Virus record (IMG/VR): IMGVR_UViG_3300025822_000030
Coordinates: 1 to 24,884 of that record
Length of the DNA: 24,884 bases
From: a virus
Taxonomy: Duplodnaviria > Caudoviricetes
Reading direction: 5' to 3' (one strand)
Shown here in pieces: positions 1 through 7,800 of the stretch; position 1 is the first letter of the stretch; every line of letters starts with the position of its first letter. The translations under genes were made by a program, and so were the position numbers. Below the pieces are notes generated by a model. The model was not told where the DNA came from and ran no database searches. It saw nothing but the letters and a program-made list of their open reading frames with translations.

Positions 1-22
1 CCTGGTCTATCTTCTCCCCCAT
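1..22 (-). CDS. N-terminus of a gene running off the window (MGEKIDQ...)
   Basis: ATG at 22-20 preceded by AAGGAG, just after the previous stop. Confidence 0.45.
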
Positions 23-38
23 GCCCCACTCCTTCGAT

Positions 39-209
39 TTAAACCTCGGCATCTTCGCACTCCTCCAATAATTCCTCTTCCCGATTGGCCTTTGCCAATG
101 TCATGGCATCAGGCTCAAAACCGGCTTTCCAATTTATCTCATCAATATCATCTTGATTGATGTCGAGAAAGCTGTCCCGAGGTTCGAGTAACCAGTATTT
201 ATTCTCCAT
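39..209 (-). CDS. Small acidic hypothetical protein (56 aa, MENKYWLLEP...)
   Basis: ATG at 209 overlaps the end of the nuclease gene; the longer 39..356 call would overlap that gene heavily. Confidence 0.65.
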   Translation of the reverse strand: MENKYWLLEPRDSFLDINQDDIDEINWKAGFEPDAMTLAKANREEELLEECEDAEV

Positions 210-1017
210 GACTTCGAGGGTCGTAGTTTTTAAGAGACCGCCACAACTGACAGAGGGCGGTGAAATCGACCCATGCTTTGGCGAGATCCTCGGGGGAATA
301 GCGGATGACTTCAAAGCGGCCCTCCTCAGTGCTAGAGATAAAGGCATTTGCTCCATGTACTTGATGGTTCAGAACATTATCCTCGCCCCAATAGGTGGCA
401 GCATATGCCGCTATCTGATGAATCTGAAAATCATATGCGGTTACCTTCTGCCCCTTCTTTGTCTTTCGGGTTTTCCAGTCAACGATGAACATCTGATTAT
501 CTGACCCTTTACCGACAATATCGACAGTACCAGCAAATCCATGATTCGTATTTACCAGCATCTTTTCAAACTCGATGAAGGTCAGTTGGTTTTCCTGTTT
601 CCAATTCAAGGCGGGCTGAATATATCCAAGTAGTTCATCAGGGATATGCTCGCCTTTCCAATAAGACTCAATCGCATCATGGATTTTCGTCCCAAAGCTT
701 GCCGCTTCCTCGACTGGCTTTTCGTGCAGTACTAAGCATCGGTCTGTATATTGTTCAATTGTTTCCCCGGCTTTCGGAGGATTGCTGAATGCTATTAATA
801 TAAGCTGGTTCTGTTTCCATCGGTCTAAGCCCGGCTTGGCAAACAGGCCAAGTAAGGTTGTCACCGAGGGGAACAGTCCCAACTTCTTTGCATCCCGAAG
901 AGTAGTATTCCGTTCGCCGTCACCCTTTGCCCGAGGCATAGTATGCTTGGCTTTCCCCTCTCGGGTGTACCAATGTCCGCCTCCACCTCGCTTAGGTTTT
1001 TCGGTTAGAATAGCCAT
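199..1017 (-). CDS. PD-(D/E)XK-family phage exonuclease
   Basis: Motifs PSVTT, GTKIH, E...AGTVD...IVDWKT, QIAAY; start chosen at MAILTEK because AAGGAG lies just upstream. Confidence 0.85.
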   Translation of the reverse strand: MAILTEKPKRGGGGHWYTREGKAKHTMPRAKGDGERNTTLRDAKKLGLFPSVTTLLGLFAKPGLDRWKQNQLILIAFSNPPKAGETIEQYTDRCLVLHEKPVEEAASFGTKIHDAIESYWKGEHIPDELLGYIQPALNWKQENQLTFIEFEKMLVNTNHGFAGTVDIVGKGSDNQMFIVDWKTRKTKKGQKVTAYDFQIHQIAAYAATYWGEDNVLNHQVHGANAFISSTEEGRFEVIRYSPEDLAKAWVDFTALCQLWRSLKNYDPRSHGE

Positions 1018-1084
1018 TCCATAACTCCTTTCCATATTTCCAAAGAAAGAGTACCAGGTGGATCGCTCGTTTCAGATATTTCAT
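992..1084 (-). CDS. Micro-ORF, 30 aa (MKYLKRAIHLVLFLWKYGKELWNGYSNRKT)
   Basis: ATGA overlap with the stop of the DnaA-IV gene; fills the gap. Confidence 0.45.
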   Translation of the reverse strand: MKYLKRAIHLVLFLWKYGKELWNGYSNRKT

Positions 1085-1365
1085 CCTAACTTCGCCTCCA
1101 CTCTCTTTACTAGGGATTGCAACGAAGAATCAGTTTCAATGTATCCGCCGTAATTCTTCCAGGTGGATGAAACTTGGCTGTGATCACGATTAAATGCTTT
1201 CCCAATCTCCACACAAGTTTTGCCAGTCTTTAATCTGCTTAGATAAATGGCGATGGAACGGGCAAGGGATACTTTTCCAGTTCTCCCCCGCCCGTCTATA
1301 TCACTTACCTCAACTCCACATTCATCAGCAGATACTCGCTTAATGTCCTCGATGGTCATGCTCAT
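1081..1365 (-). CDS. Stand-alone DnaA C-terminal (domain IV)-like HTH protein
   Basis: IEDIKRVSADECGV..DI.GRGR...VSLARSIAIYLSR......EIGKAFNRDHSQV matches the DnaA domain IV pattern (AR..A.YL.R...IG..F..RDHTTV). Confidence 0.85.
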   Translation of the reverse strand: MSMTIEDIKRVSADECGVEVSDIDGRGRTGKVSLARSIAIYLSRLKTGKTCVEIGKAFNRDHSQVSSTWKNYGGYIETDSSLQSLVKRVEAKLG

Positions 1366-1427
1366 AGAACCATGTCAGCGACTACGGCCAACCAACCCAT
1401 CATTAATAATATATTAATCGGATTCAT
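1362..1427 (-). CDS. Micro-ORF, 21-aa hydrophobic peptide (MNPINILLMMGWLAVVADMVL)
   Basis: Starts 2 nt after the SSB-like stop; its TGA overlaps the next ATG (ATGA). Confidence 0.5.
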   Translation of the reverse strand: MNPINILLMMGWLAVVADMVL

Positions 1428-1429
1428 CT

Positions 1430-2131
1430 TTAGAATGGTACATTTTCAGGTGCTGGTCCTGTGAACTGAGTTCCCATAGTGGCCTGTTGGGGCTGAACTG
1501 GAATCGGCTGTTGTACAGGCACAGGCTGTGGCTGATCGACTGTCACAGTGGTAGCAGTTTGCAACGGCGCTTGAACGGGGGCTTGCTGAATCGGTTGCGG
1601 GTTGAACTTCTGTGCCGGTTGGGCAGGTTGAACCACGGGAGCCTGTTGAATAGGTGCTGGTGCTTCGTCTCCACTAGGGATGACAAATCTTGACCTGTCA
1701 GGTATCTGATTTTCCATCCCCGCCATTACTGGCATAATTGCTGAGATATCTGCATACTCTCTACCCTTCTGACTGGTCTTGTGGATGATATTTAATGTAG
1801 CACCCTTGCCTACCATTGACTCAGTATCGAATCCGCCAAAAGGCATTGTGCCGTTCCAACTCGTCAGAGTCTTAAAGAGCTTACTCTTTTCATTTAAGCT
1901 GATTGTCATCTCACCCGTTTGGATAAGAGTGCCATCAGTAAGACCGAATAAGAACCTGGTAAAGTTCTTCGTTTCGATGACAGATGGATCGTCATAGGAC
2001 GGACGCTGAATGCTCATTGAGTCCTTTACCGCCAAGCAGACCGCAAATGTCTGTCCCGCTGGTGCGAGTGTAGTGAGAGGCCAGCCTGTGATCGGTCCGC
2101 CTGTGTTTGATGATTGTTGTAATATTGCCAT
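1430..2131 (-). CDS. Putative single-stranded DNA-binding protein
   Basis: Beta-rich N-domain, long Q/P-rich linker and C-terminal ENVPF tail; located in a recombination operon. Confidence 0.6.
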   Translation of the reverse strand: MAILQQSSNTGGPITGWPLTTLAPAGQTFAVCLAVKDSMSIQRPSYDDPSVIETKNFTRFLFGLTDGTLIQTGEMTISLNEKSKLFKTLTSWNGTMPFGGFDTESMVGKGATLNIIHKTSQKGREYADISAIMPVMAGMENQIPDRSRFVIPSGDEAPAPIQQAPVVQPAQPAQKFNPQPIQQAPVQAPLQTATTVTVDQPQPVPVQQPIPVQPQQATMGTQFTGPAPENVPF

Positions 2132-2175
2132 GTTATTTATGTATTTCTATCTCCATTTTTACGGGTGGAGGCCCA

Positions 2176-2634
2176 TTATTGATTAATAAGAAAGTGTCTT
2201 AAAATAAGGATCGCATCGGCAGTCTTGAGGGTTAGCCCCTTAGTCGATGGAAAGAATTGCTTGGCGTGGTTCGCTAAAACCTTCTTTCGTTTGCCCGAGG
2301 TTAACTTAGTCAAACCACTTAATCCCTTTTGCCATTCTTGTGGCCGGACTAAGGTGAAAGGTATTTCTGCCATCCGCAGTACCCCTTCAAGGAATCCGCA
2401 TGACTTGCCTAATTTGAACGAGCTACTAGAAGGAATCATCTTACCAGCAAAAGGCGGGACCAATTCAACCACCGCTTCAATCGATGTAACAATTGGATGG
2501 TCTTGGAGATCCTGAATATGTTCGACAAATTCAAAGTCCTCGCCAATGGAATGCAGTTTAATATCATGCATCCCGCCCCAAGCGATTGCGTAACCGCCGC
2601 TTTTACCAGGGTCAATTCCGATGGTTAATTTCAT
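2176..2634 (-). CDS. RuvC-like Holliday junction resolvase
   Basis: IGIDPG..GG, VVE, S.FKLG...G, V.PQEWQK and ADAILI motifs. Confidence 0.88.
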   Translation of the reverse strand: MKLTIGIDPGKSGGYAIAWGGMHDIKLHSIGEDFEFVEHIQDLQDHPIVTSIEAVVELVPPFAGKMIPSSSSFKLGKSCGFLEGVLRMAEIPFTLVRPQEWQKGLSGLTKLTSGKRKKVLANHAKQFFPSTKGLTLKTADAILILRHFLINQ

Positions 2635-2822
2635 GCGGCCTCCTCGGAGAAGATGGCGATTACTTTTTTAACATCAGAGGCCAAATAATGCTGGCCTCTT
2701 TTCCGAATACCAAACTCTCGCTTGAAAGTTTGCAAAGCCTTATCAGAATTTAATCTGAAAATTTCTTTGACCTCACGCTTCGTGAGAAATAAATTGTGAT
2801 ATTGATTTAGTAGTTTTTCCAT
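2631..2822 (-). CDS. Small HTH DNA-binding protein (excisionase/Cro-like)
   Basis: 63 aa, basic, LTKREVKEIF...Y..SDV pattern; first gene of the early operon. Confidence 0.55.
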   Translation of the reverse strand: MEKLLNQYHNLFLTKREVKEIFRLNSDKALQTFKREFGIRKRGQHYLASDVKKVIAIFSEEAA

Positions 2823-2825
2823 TTT

Positions 2826-2940
2826 GCCGGTTAATGTTAAAACCGGTTGGAAAAAAACTAAGTGCTATTTACTAACTATTTATGTCGAAATAGAACCGTA
2901 ATCCATATTGTGCGAAACAAAATGTATGCCAACCGGTTGG
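2826..2940. promoter_or_regulatory. Repeated (CC)AACCGGTT(GG) palindromes, putative operator or accessory sites
   Basis: GCCGGTT 2826-2832, AACCGGTTGG 2841-2850, perfect CCAACCGGTTGG 2929-2940, all in an AT-rich intergenic region. Confidence 0.55.
2891..2918 (-). other. dif-like 11-6-11 recombination site (candidate attP core)
   Basis: Minus strand GTTTCGCACAA-TATGGA-TTACGGTTCTA; left arm resembles XerC arms of dif (e.g. GGTGCGCATAA), with AA-N6-TT geometry; right arm degenerate. Confidence 0.5.
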
Positions 2941-3071
2941 TTATTAATAATATTAAAGATCAAACTCAGCCCATCCATTGGGCGAATAATGCTTTTAAAT
3001 GGAATAAATCGGATCATGTCAACAAGTTTTAACTTTTTCTGCTATAAAATTTATATTTCTTCTATTAATAT

Positions 3072-3473
3072 TCATTTTTTCCTACTTTTCTTTGACTCTT
3101 TAATCGTTCTTTTTGCTCGGAGTAAGCGGTAATAATTAGAATCTCCCCGAACTTTTTTCTTACCATATCCAGCTTGGCCGCCAACCTGACCCAAAAGCCT
3201 AGCCGCCTCTTTAACCTTGTCCTTGCGGTCAATGATGGTGTAGTTAATTCGTTCGCCAGTTGCACATATAGTATGTCCATGCCACTCATTATTACTTACT
3301 TGAGCTAAACTGTCACTATTCATATTGCACCATAATTTCCACTTCCGCTGAACCGCCTCGGGAAGCTTTAGTCTCATATGCCTGAAATCTTGCGCAAAAC
3401 ACTTACGAGTCTCACCCTTATAGTATAATGTGCAACTTAAGTCATTTATCCATTTTTTAGTACTTTTTCTCAT
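3072..3473 (-). CDS. Basic hypothetical protein (133 aa)
   Basis: AAGGA upstream of ATG; C-terminal AARLLGQVGGQAG.GKKK.RGDSNYYR segment resembling KGG-type repeats. Confidence 0.7.
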   Translation of the reverse strand: MRKSTKKWINDLSCTLYYKGETRKCFAQDFRHMRLKLPEAVQRKWKLWCNMNSDSLAQVSNNEWHGHTICATGERINYTIIDRKDKVKEAARLLGQVGGQAGYGKKKVRGDSNYYRLLRAKRTIKESKKSRKK

Positions 3474-3584
3474 ATTTTCCTTTCGCTATTGGTTGCGTAG
3501 AATATTGGACTGCAAACACCCATGCAAGGACTAAATTGCTATAAAGTGGACTAATTCTAACGCAAGGGTTAGCGAAAGAAAATA
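3473..3584. repeat. Imperfect 31-bp inverted repeat flanking three GGACT direct repeats
   Basis: 3473-3503 TATTTTCCTTTCGCTATTGGTTGCGTAGAAT versus reverse complement of 3554-3584 TATTTTCTTTCGCTAACCCTTGCGTTAGAAT; GGACT at 3507, 3528 and 3548. Confidence 0.85.
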
Positions 3585-3597
3585 ACAGCCTTACCAG

Positions 3598-3615
3598 TGT
3601 TTGCGAAGGCAAACA
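3598..3615. promoter_or_regulatory. 7-bp hairpin/palindrome in the xerC leader
   Basis: TGTTTGC-GAAG-GCAAACA. Confidence 0.45.
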
Positions 3616-3651
3616 GCTTTACAAATCCGCATAAATAAAATAACAAAACAT

Positions 3652-4566
3652 ATGGCCGACAAAATTGTACTTTTTGAACTTTCTGAGTTTATTGAATACA
3701 TGAAAGTAGTCCGCCGATTATCACCTTACACGGTCCGTAACTATAAACACGCCATTGAGTTATTTTTTACCTGGGCTAAGAAGGAGGAGAAGGTCGCCCT
3801 ACCCTCTGAGGTTACCCGGCAACAGGCTAGAAGTTACTGCATTGAGGTACAGAATCAAATATCCCGCCGAACACTTAGGCATCATATTTCGGGCCTCCGT
3901 ACCTTTTTTACTTTTTGCCGGACTCGTAAGTTTGCCACAATAAATCCATTTTTAAATATCGCTCTGCCCAAGCTTAGTAAGCCATTGCCCAAAGTTTTGT
4001 CTGAAGATCAGATGACTAAGCTGATGAAGCAACCGCCCGCCAATGAGCCGAAGGGCGTAGGAATAAAATTTAATTCATTGAGGGATTTGATGATTTTAGA
4101 GCTTCTTTATGCTGGGGGCTTACGAGTTAGCGAATTAGTTAGCATTAATTACGAGGATATTGATTTTGTTCGCTCAACTATAAAGGTAGTCGGGAAAGGT
4201 CAGAAGGAACGAATGGTAGTTATCGGTAAACAGGCCAGCGACACAGTCCAAAAGTTTAGGCATATGTTTGCCAAGAAATCGAAAAAGTCCGATCCAGTCA
4301 TTATAAATTCTTTCGGTAAGAGGTTTACCACTCGGTCGGTCCAATATCTGATTAAGAAGTATTTAAACTTCGCGGAGCTTCCGCATGATATCACCCCGCA
4401 CAAGCTTCGACATTCATTCGCTACTCACTTACTTGATAATGGTGCGGATCTTCGTGCAATTCAGGAATTACTCGGGCATTCAAGCTTATCGAGCACTCAA
4501 ATTTACACCCATGTTTCTAGTGCCCGGCTTAAAGAAGTCCACGGCCTAGCCCACCCAAGAGGATAA
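3652..4566 (+). CDS. xerC: XerC-like tyrosine recombinase
   Basis: N-terminal LS.YTVRNY, LELLYAGGLRVSEL (R), GKG.KER (K), TPHKLRHSFATHLL (HxxR), LLGH, TQIYTHV (Y), C-terminal AHPR; ATG at 3652 preferred to TTG at 3601. Confidence 0.9.
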   Translation: MADKIVLFELSEFIEYMKVVRRLSPYTVRNYKHAIELFFTWAKKEEKVALPSEVTRQQARSYCIEVQNQISRRTLRHHISGLRTFFTFCRTRKFATINPFLNIALPKLSKPLPKVLSEDQMTKLMKQPPANEPKGVGIKFNSLRDLMILELLYAGGLRVSELVSINYEDIDFVRSTIKVVGKGQKERMVVIGKQASDTVQKFRHMFAKKSKKSDPVIINSFGKRFTTRSVQYLIKKYLNFAELPHDITPHKLRHSFATHLLDNGADLRAIQELLGHSSLSSTQIYTHVSSARLKEVHGLAHPRG

Positions 4567-4570
4567 TGTT

Positions 4571-4816
4571 ATGGTTAATGACTTAGAAAGTTTTGAGGCA
4601 AAATTCCCAAAGTTTATAATTGGCGATACTGAAGATCGAACATTTGTTGTCCACCTCCACAGCCCTAAATTGATTGCCGAGATCATTGTGGCGGAAGATG
4701 GGAGCGAAACATTCGACCCCACTTTTATCGATCCTCCCGGTAATGACCCCGCCCTACTAGCTAAGTTAATGCGAGAGGTCGGAGATTTTTACATCGAGGA
4801 AATCGAGCGGGAATAG
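4571..4816 (+). CDS. Small acidic hypothetical protein (81 aa)
   Basis: Starts 4 nt after the xerC stop; PKFIIGD...FVVHLHSPKLIAEI. Confidence 0.75.
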   Translation: MVNDLESFEAKFPKFIIGDTEDRTFVVHLHSPKLIAEIIVAEDGSETFDPTFIDPPGNDPALLAKLMREVGDFYIEEIERE

Positions 4817-4817
4817 A

Positions 4818-7800
4818 TTACCGAAATCTTTCGGATAACTTAGCACCGGCACTTGCGGCTGGAGCCATGAATCGATTGCCAGGCATAGCGGGTGCTTGCT
4901 GTTGGATGCGATTGGCGGGTTGAGCCTTTGGTGCTTTGGGGTCTGAGGGCATGAATTGCTTAGAAGATTTATCCTCGGGACTCCATCCCCATTCGTGCAA
5001 GCTATTAGCTTCGGTAAATAATTCCGATGCTTTTACTTTTTTAGATAAAATATTGTAATTATCTCCACCAGCATTCCCGCTTTCTCCATGTAGTTCGGCA
5101 TATTCCCTAACAATAGTAACCCAATCATTTGGCCTAATTTCGTCAGCAAACTCAGGAACTGCTCGGTAAATAGTTACTTCCCCATCAGGGTTTCCATACA
5201 TTTCTTGTATAATTGCGATGCTTTTTGCATCTAAAATAGGATCACCTGTCCCATAATATCTTGCACCATTAGGTCCGTAAATGTCTGAAGGATACATATC
5301 TGTAACATCATGCAAAGGTGCTCCGTTATCTCGATCAGGAGCTAGATGGTATCCTCGATAATCTTCGCCATCTTTGGATGTAGGCATGAACAGCCTTTTA
5401 TATTGAATTTCTTTAGCCTGTTTTGCTCCGACTTGTTTCTTTAACTCACTAGCCGGCATAAAAAGAATATTCCTCTCCCCCGCATCGAAAGTCCCTCGGT
5501 TGCCGGTGGCCGATTTGATTTGTTCGGGGGAGAAAGCGACTATTTCGTCAATCCTTCCATTATCGAATTTTACAATAATGCCGTCATGCCCTCGTTCTTT
5601 TGCAGATTGAGCTAGAAACGGGTCACTTGCCGAGGTGCTTTTTACTATTAAGGGATTTTCTAAGCTCAGATATGAATCAATAATTATTTCATCATTTCCC
5701 TTGTTTATACTCTGCAACTTTTGATCGAGCTTGCTTTCAAATTGTTGTAGTTTTTTATATTCAGGACTGTTTAATCCTAAATCTATAGCCGCCATCATAG
5801 TAGAAGTCCCAAGCTGTTTTGCCTGTGCCTCGTATTCTTTTTGGAGGGCTAAAACTTCGGGGTCAGTTTTCTTTATTGCATCTTGGCTGTAAAGTCTTGC
5901 CTGTCCCTTTTTGGGGGTAAAATAAAAGCCTTCACCAAAGTCACCTTTATTTATCGTTTGGTATCGGTCTGCATCAAAGGCTGTAAACTTATCACTCGTC
6001 CCATGATAAACCACCAATGGCTCGCCGTTATCATCGACTACCTTGGACTTGCCGAACCACTTCTTAAAGTATGGCGAATCAATCCCCTTCTCATTCCATA
6101 GCTTTGCGGCCTCGGCCACCTTCCCCTTAGTCGCACCCGCTTCGGAGGCTGGCATAAAAAGTTTGTCGGTCACCGTGACATCGGCTTCATCGAAGATTAC
6201 ATAATTGAAATCGCCCTCGCCTTTGGATCGGGATGCTCCATCTAAATATTTGATGCCTGGTATGCCGGCTTCTTTTAATCGCTTGGAGATTTCAGCCTCG
6301 GGCATATCATCGAGTACATTATTGGTGATGTCTCGATAATCTTGTTCTTGTCGATATTGCCAAGTATCCTCGCCCTCCTGTTCCCGTAGGAACTTCTTGA
6401 GCTTATCCTGTACGCCTTTGGGCTGTTCGCCTAATGTCTTATCATAAAGCAGATACTCGTTCTCCTTGGGGGCTAGTTCGACTTTGTAGAGGGAGCCAGC
6501 TATAGTTACATCAGCTTCATTTTGATCTCTCAAAGTTTTTATGACTTGCTGAAACTCTTGGTATTTACCAGTAGGATAGTCACTAGGATTATTTTGTATG
6601 TCTTTTAGGCTAGACTCCATCCAACTTATTAAGTCTCTGCGAGCCGATGATTTATTCGAGTTAAGGGACATATAATTACCTACACCCATTTCATCAGCTA
6701 AGTAATCTGCCGCTAAATGCTTTATATTCGTGCTATCTTTAGCTTTGCCATCAAATAACCTGTTTTCCCCGTCTCTCGATTGCTTTCTGTAAAACTCTGC
6801 TACTTCCCTCTTCCCCGCAAAGTAAAGCCCATGCCCATAGGCCTGTGCGCCCTCGCCTGTTCCAATCTTCGAAGTTCTGAATCTGCCCAAGGGTGCGCCC
6901 GCTTCGGGGGCTAGGGTGTGCGGTGTGCCGTGGAAGGCGGGGATGAAGAGTTTCTGCCCACTTTCTAATTCGTTACGAATTTGATTAGCGGTGCGATCCG
7001 AGTCTCTAGATTTAGTAATATCCTGTGGGTTTATATATTCCCGCCCTTGGCTAAACTCCTGTCCGTTCTTATCAAATCCATAGAATGGACTCTGCTCGGG
7101 ATTATCTGCTACCCCTGAAAGCCGAGAGCCGTCTTTTAATTGGACTGGGCTTTTAAAGGTCCTGACTTGAGCCGATGTATCCCTTGAAGATTTTGGTCTG
7201 AAGTAACTACCAGGTGAACCTTCAAAGGTTTCGGTTGGCATGAAAAGTTTCTGAGCCTCGGGTGACATTAAATTAATGACTCTTTGCTCGTTTACAGGTG
7301 ATGCTTTTCCTGATCGTTCGGCATTAAATACTCGATCTAATCGGAATGTCTTTGTGGCTGGACCGAATGGGTTATGCTTTTTATTAATAGCCGCCATATT
7401 ATATCCGATTGCATCTAGCACTGGATTCATAGCAACTTGAGACTTGGTAATCCCACCATGCAAGGCATTTAGAAAGTTTAACTTCTTATTTGCGATTACT
7501 GGATCAGCATCTAGTCCTGTTCTGCCGTCAATGCCGTTGGCCGTATTCTGCCTATAAAGTGAAAATGCGTCCCAAACGGCATTGTCGTTACCAAATAATT
7601 CATCGTACATCCCGATTAAATCGTCAGGTAATTTCTTTGGCTGTCTTTCGCCTTTAAGAAATTCGAGGTTTTTCTGTATCTGCCCGACATCGTGAATACG
7701 GACAAGGATGTTACCCTGTGCGGTAAGCTCAAATCCGTAAGGCATCGTTGTACGAACTGCAAATGGTACGGCCTTGGGCTTTCTGCCTTGTGTGGCGGAA

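Noticed and set aside
199-1017. Cas4/CRISPR interpretation of the nuclease
   Set aside because: No four-Cys Fe-S motif and no repeat-spacer array in the window
2150-2180. Hairpin between the resolvase and SSB-like genes
   Set aside because: Only about 5 bp including a G-U pair, with no U-tract in the sense direction
157-2515. Plus-strand ORFs 157..504, 782..1024, 1487..1693, 1779..1997 and 2225..2515
   Set aside because: Antisense to well-supported genes, with no motifs
2908-3289. ORFs 2908..3132 (+) and 3065..3289 (-)
   Set aside because: The first has a TTG start inside the dif-like site and low-complexity AT-rich sequence; the second is out of frame within the 133-aa gene
3601-3651. N-terminal extension of XerC from TTG 3601
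   Set aside because: Starts within a hairpin; ATG 3652 gives a typical Xer length of about 300 aa
3652-4566. xerC as host chromosome marking a prophage boundary
   Set aside because: Flanked on both sides by phage-type genes with no other housekeeping genes
4863-7250. FMP motifs as shufflon/recombinase sites or internal start codons
   Set aside because: All are in the same orientation with synonymous divergence and no dyad; one copy has Ile instead of Met; no consistent RBS
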